Shown one piece after another: positions 8,029 to 15,504 of a stretch of DNA of 64,000 nucleotides. The notes beneath the pieces are model-generated. The model worked only from the letters and a program-made list of their open reading frames with translations, ran no database searches and was not told the origin of the DNA. How positions within the stretch are numbered: position 1 is the stretch's first letter; each line of letters opens with the position of its first letter. The DNA comes from Candidatus Saccharimonadota bacterium (lineage in GTDB: Bacteria; Patescibacteriota; Saccharimonadia; Saccharimonadales; UBA10212), in contig JACPKG010000002.1 in NCBI GenBank assembly GCA_016187175.1, forward strand, positions 12,922 to 76,921, written 5' to 3'. The translations under genes were made by a program, and so were the position numbers.

Positions 8029-8376
8029 ATGACTTTTGAAAAATCAGGATATCTTTCCCCGACCTCGCAGGGCCATGAAGCTCCACGGAGGGATCTACTG
8101 GATATTGAATTATTCCCAAGTGCCGTACCCATTGAAGACGTTAAGCCCGTCGGAGAGATGCATGTCAACGAAAGTTCCAGCGGGTTTAGATTTAACGAAT
8201 TAGAACAAGCTCAGGTTGATGGCAGCGAATTGCATGCAGACCACGACGCTCTAGTAAGATTGGGCGGTATGTGGGCTGTACGTGCAACTAGCGCCCAAGG
8301 TATGCCTCCTGAGGCTAGAGCCTTTTATCAAGGTATTTTCGATTTTGCTCAGCCTGGTGAAAAAAGAAAAAAGTAA
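8029..8376 (+). CDS. hypothetical protein (115 aa, acidic)
   Basis: An intact ORF follows a good promoter, with an AAGGAAAAAAT purine-rich stretch before the ATG. No family was recognised. Confidence 0.45.
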   Translation: MTFEKSGYLSPTSQGHEAPRRDLLDIELFPSAVPIEDVKPVGEMHVNESSSGFRFNELEQAQVDGSELHADHDALVRLGGMWAVRATSAQGMPPEARAFYQGIFDFAQPGEKRKK

Positions 8377-8598
8377 GCTTAAACCCGATCCTAAGCATTA
8401 GCTTGTTGATAGTATTGCCAATATTGCAACCTTGTGATAAAATATACCCACTCTCGCCATCTGGCGCGTTAGTGAGGTGGACAAGACGCAATCTTGACAA
8501 TTCAGAAGTTTGCGAACAATTTAGAAAATGGTCAAAATTAAACTAAATTGAGAGGCAAACTAGATAGTTATGGGGTTTTAATTGAAGCGATTAGCCAT

Positions 8599-8618
8599 TA
8601 GCTAATAGCTATTAGCTA
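8599..8618. promoter_or_regulatory. perfect 20-bp AT-rich palindrome TAGCTAATAGCTATTAGCTA just inside the left IR, upstream of the cargo gene
   Basis: The sequence is its own reverse complement. It could be an operator. Confidence 0.3.
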
Positions 8619-8806
8619 TCTGCTCTTAATTCCCATAACCGACTACTTAATTTGTTTTTGATCTGTCCTTTTGGGCAAGGCACCAAGGTGATACATGTCT
8701 TTGTATTGTACTGTCGCTTTGGTGTCTTGCCCAACCCTCAAGGGTAAGGGCAGACCCGGTGATTGCGCACGCTGGTCTCCTGAACCACGACCACCGGGAG
8801 GTGATC

Positions 8807-10531
8807 ATGAGTACCTTGCGCAAGACCACGACCGCCTTTCTGGTGGTCGTGGGGCTCGCCGCCGCCATCGCGCCCTCGGGCGCATCGGCGGCGAGCGACG
8901 CAGACCGCCGCCCGCGGCTCAACCGCGTTGTCGAGCACGGAGCGAACTCCGTGGCCGACATCCGCCGAGCCGCGGCGCAGTACCCGCAGTATCGAGAGAT
9001 GCTGCAGAACGAGCTGGACATGGATGGCTGGGACCCGTCCATGCTGCAGCTCGGCCCCGTCGTCAACATCGGCGACGGGGAGCAGATCGTGAACCAGGGG
9101 GTCGCCCCTGGGACACGGCAGCTTGTCGCCTACCCCGACCGCGGACGCGGTTACACGTACCGAAAGGTCGTGAACCGCGCCAACGGGAAGTTCGTGATCG
9201 TCAAGATCAGGTGTGGGAACCTGATCAAGACGTTCCGGGTTCCCGCGGAGCGGGTGAAGATCATCACCCGCTACCGTACGATCTACAAGATCAAGTACAT
9301 CAACCGGGCCGCGGAGATCGTTCCGCGCGGATCCGAGGCGCAAGCCAAGGCCACCGCCGGTGCGGTCGCCACGAATAACATCGACATCAACAACCGGCCG
9401 AAGGTCACCGTCACGGTGAAGCCGAAGATCACGGTCAAGCCGACCGTGAGCGTGACGGTGAAGGTGCCGGGGCAGAAGACCGCCCCGGCAAAGCCCAAGC
9501 CGGCGCCAACCCCGGCCGTGAAGTACGGCCGGTTGACGATCACCAAGGCCACTCCCGGTGTGGCCCGCGCCTGTTTCCGTTTCCACCTCTGGGTGGTCAA
9601 GAGCGGCAGGTGGGCGCGCTCGACCGACTTCTCGCTCTGCACCGGGCAGAGCAAGAGTTACAGCCTCCGGACGTCGACCAACGTCGGCGTGACGGAGAAC
9701 GCTGCCCGCGGGTGGAGTCCCGCAGCAGCGTGCGTTCGGAAGATCGTAGCGGCCGGGGTCCGCTGCGACTTCGTCAACCGGAAGGTCGCGGTGGCCCCGG
9801 GGGAGTTCACCGCGACCGTATCTAAGAAGGTCGTGAACTCGGCCATGACGGCCGATTTCACGACCTTCTACAATTTGTTCCGCCTGCCCGTGGCGGTGTG
9901 GATCAACGGGCAGGCGGCGTATACGGTGCTGGTTCCCATGGACGGGAACCGGTACGCGGTTTCGAAGGACGGCATCTCCCCGTTCGTGTTCAAGAAGGGG
10001 GACGCCGTGAAGTTATGCGAGGACCTCGGGTTCGCCCGAGGTCTCGTGCTCGAACCCGTCGCGCCGGTGGCGGCCGACGGGTGCCTGGTTGCGCAGAAGG
10101 GAGGGCCTGGCCTAGAGGTCTTTTCCTTCATCAACCGGGCAGTGGAGGGGGTGAGGCCCCAACCCCCGCCCCCGGCGGTTCAGCCACCGCCGGCGGCGCC
10201 TCCCACGGCGCCGCCGGTGACGCCTCCGACCCCGGCGCCGAAGACCGGGGCTCCGGGTCCCGGCACAACTACGCCGGGACAAGCAGGTGGCCCGGGAGCC
10301 GTCGGTTCGCCCGCCGCGGGCTCCGGCCCGACGTGCCGGGACGCCTCCGGGAACGTTGTTCCCGGGACCACCGGCGCCTCGGGGAACTGCCCGGGAGCGG
10401 TCCCCCCGACGACGGGGGCGCCCGGGCCGGCGGCGGGATCACCCCCCCCGCCCCCGACGGGGAACTGCCTAGACCCGGCAACGGGCCAGTCCCGGGCCGG
10501 GGCGAAAGATCAGTTCGGCTACTGCGTCTGA
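8807..10531 (+). CDS. secreted protein of unknown function with a signal peptide, Lys-rich KPKITVKPTVSVTVKVPGQK repeats, a Cys-containing central domain, and a C-terminal Pro-rich linker plus Cys-containing tail; high-GC codon usage
   Basis: The start was chosen at MSTLRK, 6 nt after GGGAGG. The signal peptide reads TTAFLVVVGLAAAIAPSGASAAS. The gene is 574 aa. Confidence 0.6.
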   Translation: MSTLRKTTTAFLVVVGLAAAIAPSGASAASDADRRPRLNRVVEHGANSVADIRRAAAQYPQYREMLQNELDMDGWDPSMLQLGPVVNIGDGEQIVNQGVAPGTRQLVAYPDRGRGYTYRKVVNRANGKFVIVKIRCGNLIKTFRVPAERVKIITRYRTIYKIKYINRAAEIVPRGSEAQAKATAGAVATNNIDINNRPKVTVTVKPKITVKPTVSVTVKVPGQKTAPAKPKPAPTPAVKYGRLTITKATPGVARACFRFHLWVVKSGRWARSTDFSLCTGQSKSYSLRTSTNVGVTENAARGWSPAAACVRKIVAAGVRCDFVNRKVAVAPGEFTATVSKKVVNSAMTADFTTFYNLFRLPVAVWINGQAAYTVLVPMDGNRYAVSKDGISPFVFKKGDAVKLCEDLGFARGLVLEPVAPVAADGCLVAQKGGPGLEVFSFINRAVEGVRPQPPPPAVQPPPAAPPTAPPVTPPTPAPKTGAPGPGTTTPGQAGGPGAVGSPAAGSGPTCRDASGNVVPGTTGASGNCPGAVPPTTGAPGPAAGSPPPPPTGNCLDPATGQSRAGAKDQFGYCV

Positions 10532-10547
10532 CGCAGTAGCCGAACTG
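10511..10547. terminator. 37-bp palindrome (16-bp arms CAGTTCGGCTACTGCG / CGCAGTAGCCGAACTG) centred on the TGA stop of the cargo gene
   Basis: The arms are a perfect inverted repeat. It may be a terminator or a recombination site; there is no U-tract. Confidence 0.4.
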
Positions 10548-10683
10548 GTAACCCGTCCGTGTGATACCGTGCGGGCGGGTGGGACTAACGGCTAACGGTA
10601 TAGGTAGTCGGGTGGGGCGAGGTTTCGTTCGATGAGATGGTCGCCTCGGCGACTGCAGAACTCTTGAGCAGAGACTCGCCCCA

Positions 10684-10719
10684 CCCCGACGCCGTAGAGC
10701 AAAAGCTCCGGCGTCGGGG
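10684..10719 (+). terminator. GC-rich stem-loop CCCCGACGCCG-N14-CGGCGTCGGGG in the 3' region of the high-GC insert
   Basis: The stem is a perfect 11 bp. Confidence 0.3.
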
Positions 10720-10931
10720 TCACATACCCTCATTTGTTACTCCTCGGGAAGAGCAGCCCGAGCGTCGGATTTACTCCGCGCCCGGCGCGATGGGAAACCC
10801 CGAAGGGGTGTCCTATAAGGCGAAGCCGTTTTAAAGCCCAATAACTATCTAGTTTGCGAAAGCCTTAACAGATTTGTTCTGGCTAATCGTTAAAATTTAA
10901 CTAAATTCGATTTTAAGAAAGGAATTAAATA

Positions 10932-11777
10932 ATGCGTATGAAACTAGCTTTAACAAGCTTGCTTAGCGCGGTCGCAATAGTGGTTATGCCCGGCATTGCG
11001 TTAGCCGGATTTGCGCCGGCTGACCGCGCGACCCTCCAGTGTATTAGCCCAACCAACTGCCCGGGTGCCAGCTACGTGACTTTTAACTCGTTTACCAACG
11101 CTCCTAACTACGGAGACGAAAGGGCCTTTTTTGACGCCAAAGACGCTTCGATTACAAGTCCAGGCGGCTTCCAAGATAAGCTGACCGTAACCCACGGTCA
11201 GAGGATCTTTATGCGCGTCTATGTGCATAACAATGCCAACGAGTCTGCCATTGGTCAGGCGGCCGCTACGGCTAAAAATACTCGCATCCAGGCACTCCTG
11301 GAAACCAATAAGAAAACCAGCCACGTGGCGTCTGCTGCCATCACCGCAGACAACGCTAATCCGGCCACAGTTAGCGACACGGTCGAGCTGACTGGCGCCA
11401 ACCCGTTCACCATGGTGTTTGATAGAAACGCGCCGGTTAATGTTACCTACCGGCCTAACGGCACCGGCGATTGGGTGACCCGACCACTGCCTGGTGCTAC
11501 CTTCGCTAATGACCAGACAATCAACGCCAATGTTGGCGATTGGAGAGGCTGCTTCGAGTTCGGAGCACTAATCACCTTCACAGCCATTGTTAGTATGGAT
11601 GTACCAAAAATAGAAGTACCGCCACAAATCCCGCCTACACCAACTCCTCCTTCCGCTGGAAAACCGGGCGCACTGCCGGTAACTGGTGGTGCTGGTAGCG
11701 TTTTGGGCGTGTTTACGGGCGTAAGTGCTGCTGCCGGCGCTGTCCACTATTTGTGGGGCCGCCGGTTCGGCCAATAA
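10932..11777 (+). CDS. LPXTG-motif cell-wall-anchored surface protein
   Basis: 281 aa with a signal peptide MRMKLALTSLLSAVAIVVMPGIALA. The C-terminus has LPVTGG, a hydrophobic segment and an RRFGQ tail, which is a sortase substrate pattern. Confidence 0.65.
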   Translation: MRMKLALTSLLSAVAIVVMPGIALAGFAPADRATLQCISPTNCPGASYVTFNSFTNAPNYGDERAFFDAKDASITSPGGFQDKLTVTHGQRIFMRVYVHNNANESAIGQAAATAKNTRIQALLETNKKTSHVASAAITADNANPATVSDTVELTGANPFTMVFDRNAPVNVTYRPNGTGDWVTRPLPGATFANDQTINANVGDWRGCFEFGALITFTAIVSMDVPKIEVPPQIPPTPTPPSAGKPGALPVTGGAGSVLGVFTGVSAAAGAVHYLWGRRFGQ

Positions 11778-11831
11778 CCCGCCGAAATTTCAAAGAAATT
11801 TTTGCGGGCGAAGACAAAAATAACTTTGCAG

Positions 11832-11847
11832 GGGAGCCTTCGGGCTC
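11832..11847 (+). terminator. GGAGCC-TTCG-GGCTCC hairpin downstream of the LPXTG gene, followed by CTTGCAAG-type palindromes
   Basis: The hairpin was read directly from the sequence. Confidence 0.3.
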
Positions 11848-12040
11848 CTCTTGCAAGTCTTGCAAGGACAGTCCTTGCAAAAATAAACACTGGTCAAAAC
11901 TGCCAAAATGTGCTAGCGTTTAAATAGAGCAATCCCACAGGGTTTCGCTCTTCCTCGCAATCTGGTTGCAGACTGCTTTGAAGGAGGAAACCCAAAGGGA
12001 CAAGTCGTGACTGACCGCTCATCGCAAATAGGTGGAGTTA

Positions 12041-12070
12041 AAAAACCTTCGGGCCGCCGAAGGTTTTTGA
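12041..12070. terminator. bidirectional rho-independent-type terminator AAAAACCTTCGG-GCCG-CCGAAGGTTTTT
   Basis: It has a 9-bp stem, a tetraloop and A/T tracts on both sides. Confidence 0.5.
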
Positions 12071-12087
12071 TTTGGCACACAACCCTT

Positions 12088-12112
12088 TGCTACAAGGATA
12101 ATCCTTGTAGCA
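12088..12112. repeat. REP-like palindrome, family 2 (TGCTACAAGGATAATCCTTGTAGCA)
   Basis: It is a perfect palindrome at the 3' side of the decayed tnpA. Confidence 0.75.
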
Positions 12113-12743
12113 TTAGCTTTCTGCCAGCCAATGTCTAAGCTGCTGAAATTCAGCTCGCATTGACTCATAGTCTTTCACAAAAGTGGCATAGTCACTCAGC
12201 TCATCGGCGTGCATCGCCAGTATTCTTTTTGGATTGATCCATTCAGCCTGCTTGCGACCTAGATAGTAGCGATAGCTGGAGTATGGGTAGGAGGTGTTTT
12301 TGATCTTATATCTTGTGGGTTAAGATGAATATAGCGGCTGATATGCCATAGATAGGCCTCGTCGTTAATCAGACTAGCTTCATAGGTTGATTCAAAAAGT
12401 CTCCCCCTGCCTTTATGAACCCTATTGAAATATAGACCATAAGCAGTCAGTATGCTACACATCAAATCCGTTATTCCAGTCTCTTTCTTGTTGTAGACCA
12501 ACAGATGAAAATGAGTAGGCATCAAGCAAAAGGCCAAAAGCTCCACCTCGTCGCGTAAATGACGTATTGGGCGTCGAGTAAGGTCTTGGCCGGGCTCTCC
12601 TAGAAAGGTAGCGTTTGAACAAGCTTAAGAAAGTCCTGTAATCTCTATCATCGATGAAGATATGGTGACGAAAAACACCTCGATTATATAGGTGGTAATA
12701 GCTTTCTGGCGCAAACTCCTTCACAACATTCCGTAGCGGCATT
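12113..12743 (-). pseudogene. decayed IS200/IS605-family tnpA (frameshifted; pieces in at least 3 frames)
   Basis: Three fragments are visible: MPLRNVVKEFAPESYYHLYNRGV..., then LLAFCLMPTHFHLLV...HISRYIHLNPQD, then ...EWINPKRILAMHADELSDYATFVKDYES. These parallel the intact TnpA at 7255 but are diverged. Confidence 0.6.
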
Positions 12744-12768
12744 TGCTACAAGGATTATCCTTGTAGCA
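12744..12768. repeat. REP-like palindrome, family 2 in the opposite orientation (centre GGATTATCC), abutting the pseudogene start
   Basis: The sequence is TGCTACAAGGATTATCCTTGTAGCA. Confidence 0.75.
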
Positions 12769-12811
12769 GACAGGTGTCAACCTGGCGTGATGTGATAGGA
12801 TAAACATCGAC

Positions 12812-12887
12812 GGCCCCATCGTCTAGTGGCCTAGGACACCAGGTTTTCATCCTGGCAACAGGGGTTCGATTCCCCTTGGGGTCACCA
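12812..12887 (+). tRNA. tRNA-Glu (anticodon TTC), CCA encoded
   Basis: The sequence GGCCCCATCGTCTAGTGGCCTAGGACACCAGGTTTTCATCCTGGCAACAGGGGTTCGATTCCCCTTGGGGTCACCA folds as a canonical cloverleaf. Confidence 0.85.
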
Positions 12888-12944
12888 CGTGTTATTGTAG
12901 CTTTATACTTGCAAAATTGTTGATAAAAGAGCTTACTAAGAAAT

Positions 12945-13196
12945 ATGGAACGCGGACAATTGCATGCACATATTGTCCTAAACCCAACAGAAAAGAACCT
13001 AGCGGTTGAAGCTCTACAAGCCAACGGCTATAGAGAATGTGCAGATGCGCTAGAAGACAATGGTTATAGAGAAATCCCACCCTTTCCAATGTCTTTGATA
13101 GTTGTCTCCTTAAAAAAAAGAGCTGGTCAAGGTGACAGCGCTGCCCAGACGTTTTTGGATTCTTACCAGCGACTACCATCATCGATAGACACCTGA
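12945..13196 (+). CDS. hypothetical small protein (83 aa) with an internal NGYRE duplication
   Basis: Only the ORF supports this call. Confidence 0.25.
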   Translation: MERGQLHAHIVLNPTEKNLAVEALQANGYRECADALEDNGYREIPPFPMSLIVVSLKKRAGQGDSAAQTFLDSYQRLPSSIDT

Positions 13197-13258
13197 ACTG
13201 GCAATTAAGAGCCGCTTTTGCCATACTCTAGATTAGGGACTAAGATTTAGAAATTAGG

Positions 13259-14566
13259 GTGGGCAATTTTAATAAAAAGACCATCAGGGATATCAACTTG
13301 GCGGGCAAAAGGGTACTGCTGCGGGCCGACTATAACGTGCCCCTAAAAGAGAACCAGATACTTAACGACTTCCGTATCCGCCAGTCTATACCGACTATTA
13401 AATATATCCTAGACCAAAAACCGGCGGCCCTTCTTATCATTTCGCATCTTGGTCGACCCGACGGTAAACCCAACCCTAATCTTAGTCTGTTGCCAGTAGC
13501 TAAACACCTAGGCCAGCTGCTCGGTAAAAAAGTAGAATTTGCTGGCGACTGCGTTAGTGATGAAGCCAAAAAAGCCGCTGGCCAACTAGGCCCAAACGGT
13601 ATTTTGTTGCTGGAAAACTTGCGCTTTCACGAGGGGGAAGAGAGAAATGACCCCGATTTTGCCAAAGCCACCGTTGAAGCCACAAGTGCCGACCTGTTTG
13701 TCCAGGACGGCTTTGGCGTAGTCCATCGGGCGCATGCTAGCACGGCTGCAATTACTAATCTCTTACCTTCTGTTGCTGGCTTGCTTTTAGAAAAAGAGGT
13801 GGATGTTATAACCAAAGCCATGCAAGCGCCCCAGCGGCCGTTTGTAGCAATTATAGGCGGTGCCAAAATAGGCGATAAAATAGAAGTCTTAAATAGGTTC
13901 ATTGAAATAACTGACGGCCTGGCCGTAGCCGGCGCACTGGCCAATAACTTTTTAGTGGCTGAAGGCATCGAAGTCGGCAGTAGTTTGGTTGAACCGGAAG
14001 CTATGCCCGAGGCCAGGCAGATTTTGCGCCGGGCCCGGTCCGAGGAAAAGCGGCGGGACTTTAACTTTTTTGTACCAGTTGACGCCGTAGTCTCTAAATC
14101 CATGAATGGCCAGCTACCAACCAGATTAGTGGACATTACTAGCTATAGCCTGGCCGACATCGAGGCTTACCCTAAAAAACCCAAACTCAGCTCCTACAGC
14201 GTCGGCCGCGAGGAAAAAATCCTGGATATTGGGCCGATAAGCGCGGCCCAGATTGCCGGAATGGTCAAGATGGCCAAAACCGTTGTTTGGGGTGGTACCT
14301 GCGGTGCAACTGAAGTAAAGGGTCTGGCCGGCGCCCAGGCGCCCTTTGCGCATGGCACGCGCCTGGTGGTGGAAGCCATGATTGGCCCTAGCAATAACCA
14401 CAAAAATAAACCCTTTAGCATTGTTAGCGGCGGCGACACCGTAGCCTATATCGAAGCCGAAGGTTTAGCCGATGACTTTAGCCATATTTCTACCGGCGGC
14501 AGCGCTAGCTTAGATCTAATGGCCGGTAAAAAACTGCCGGGTATCGAAGCCCTTGCCGATAAATGA
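13259..14566 (+). CDS. pgk: phosphoglycerate kinase
   Basis: 435 aa from a GTG start. KKTIRDINLAGKRVLLRADYNVP and the later blocks are typical of PGK. Confidence 0.9.
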   Translation: MGNFNKKTIRDINLAGKRVLLRADYNVPLKENQILNDFRIRQSIPTIKYILDQKPAALLIISHLGRPDGKPNPNLSLLPVAKHLGQLLGKKVEFAGDCVSDEAKKAAGQLGPNGILLLENLRFHEGEERNDPDFAKATVEATSADLFVQDGFGVVHRAHASTAAITNLLPSVAGLLLEKEVDVITKAMQAPQRPFVAIIGGAKIGDKIEVLNRFIEITDGLAVAGALANNFLVAEGIEVGSSLVEPEAMPEARQILRRARSEEKRRDFNFFVPVDAVVSKSMNGQLPTRLVDITSYSLADIEAYPKKPKLSSYSVGREEKILDIGPISAAQIAGMVKMAKTVVWGGTCGATEVKGLAGAQAPFAHGTRLVVEAMIGPSNNHKNKPFSIVSGGDTVAYIEAEGLADDFSHISTGGSASLDLMAGKKLPGIEALADK

Positions 14567-14679
14567 TGAGGTCTGACCCTGAAAGTAAAACTGCTGGGAG
14601 AGGACGATCCTTGGGAAAATCTCTTTGCTTTTCCCAAGGATCGTCCTCTGTAGTCGGCTTTTTCCAAGGTCAGACCTCA
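14567..14679. repeat. 113-bp nested hairpin between pgk and tpiA: outer arms TGAGGTCTGACC / GGTCAGACCTCA and inner 22-bp arms GGGAGAGGACGATCCTTGGGAAAA / TTTTCCCAAGGATCGTCCTCTG
   Basis: Both arm pairs are perfect inverted repeats read from the sequence. Confidence 0.7.
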
Positions 14680-14703
14680 TGTACAATATGTGCAAAGGGT
14701 GGT

Positions 14704-15501
14704 ATGCGAAAAATCCTGATTGTCGGAAATTGGAAGATGCATCTGAACGCCAGTCAGGCTAGTTTGCTAGTGCATCGGCTTCAGGAGCGGATAAAAATTT
14801 ATCGCGATATCGAAGTGGTGCTGGCGCCAAGTATGCTGACCCTTCAACCGTTAAGTCTCCAAATAGATAGGCGCAAATTCCGCTTGGCCGCCCAAAACGC
14901 CTACTTTCGCGATGAAGGTCCGTTTACCGGCGAAGTCAGCTTTAACATGCTGCGAGATATAGTACATTACGTAATTATCGGCCATAGCGAAAGGCGACAG
15001 CTATTTCACGACAACCTGGCTACAGTCCGGGATAAAATGGCGGCGGCCGTTAGGAACGAAATCGTCCCGATTTTATGCGTCGGCGAAACCCAACAGGAAC
15101 GTGAGGACAAAGAGACCAAGCAAGTTCTGCACGATCAGCTTATGACGGCGCTAAGCAACTTAACAGCCGCCGAGGTAGCTGATGTTGTAATTGCCTATGA
15201 GCCGATCTGGGCTATTGGCCAGGTGACAGCTAAACCGGGCCAAGTGGCTGAAGCAGTGACTTACGTTCGCGGCTATGTTAGGGATGTTTTTGGCGAAAAA
15301 GTCGCCAAAAACATTCGTATACTATATGGCGGTGACGTAGCGCCGGAAGTTGTCCATGGACTGTTAGACGTGCCGGGTGTGGATGGTTTTTTGGTGGGCC
15401 ACGGCAGTTTGAACTACGAAACATTCGCCGCTATAGTAGAGGCAACACACCGCTGGCAAAGAAACAATAATGGCGAAATGGCGCCAGTTAAGGGGGAATA
15501 G
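14704..15501 (+). CDS. tpiA: triosephosphate isomerase
   Basis: MRKILIVGNWKMHL...IIGHSERR...YEPIWAIG are TIM signatures. The start was placed at the ATG after the hairpin; the ORF track's longer 5' extension reads through the hairpin. Confidence 0.85.
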   Translation: MRKILIVGNWKMHLNASQASLLVHRLQERIKIYRDIEVVLAPSMLTLQPLSLQIDRRKFRLAAQNAYFRDEGPFTGEVSFNMLRDIVHYVIIGHSERRQLFHDNLATVRDKMAAAVRNEIVPILCVGETQQEREDKETKQVLHDQLMTALSNLTAAEVADVVIAYEPIWAIGQVTAKPGQVAEAVTYVRGYVRDVFGEKVAKNIRILYGGDVAPEVVHGLLDVPGVDGFLVGHGSLNYETFAAIVEATHRWQRNNNGEMAPVKGE

Positions 15502-15504
15502 TAT

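Larger units (their letters stand above)
8555..10857. mobile_element. high-G+C (~65-70%) insert bounded by imperfect terminal inverted repeats (8555-8574 GCAAACTAGATAGTTATGGG; 10837-10857 CCCAATAACTATCTAGTTTGC), carrying one cargo gene and no transposase
   Basis: The composition shifts abruptly against the ~45-50% flanks. The IRs match at 20 of 21 positions with a 1-nt indel. Confidence 0.5.

Noticed and set aside
8738-10733. Long ORFs in other frames of the high-GC island (8738-9586 minus, 8695-9378 plus, 9898-10539 plus, 10269-10733 minus)
   Set aside because: High-GC DNA produces long stop-free frames. These are Arg/Pro/Gly-rich with no SD or domains, and the 8807-10531 frame has the signal peptide and the SD.
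14563-14703. ORF-track 5' extension of tpiA starting at 14563
   Set aside because: The extension reads straight through the 113-bp perfect hairpin. The conserved TIM N-terminus MRKILIVGNWKMH starts at 14704 after GGTGG.
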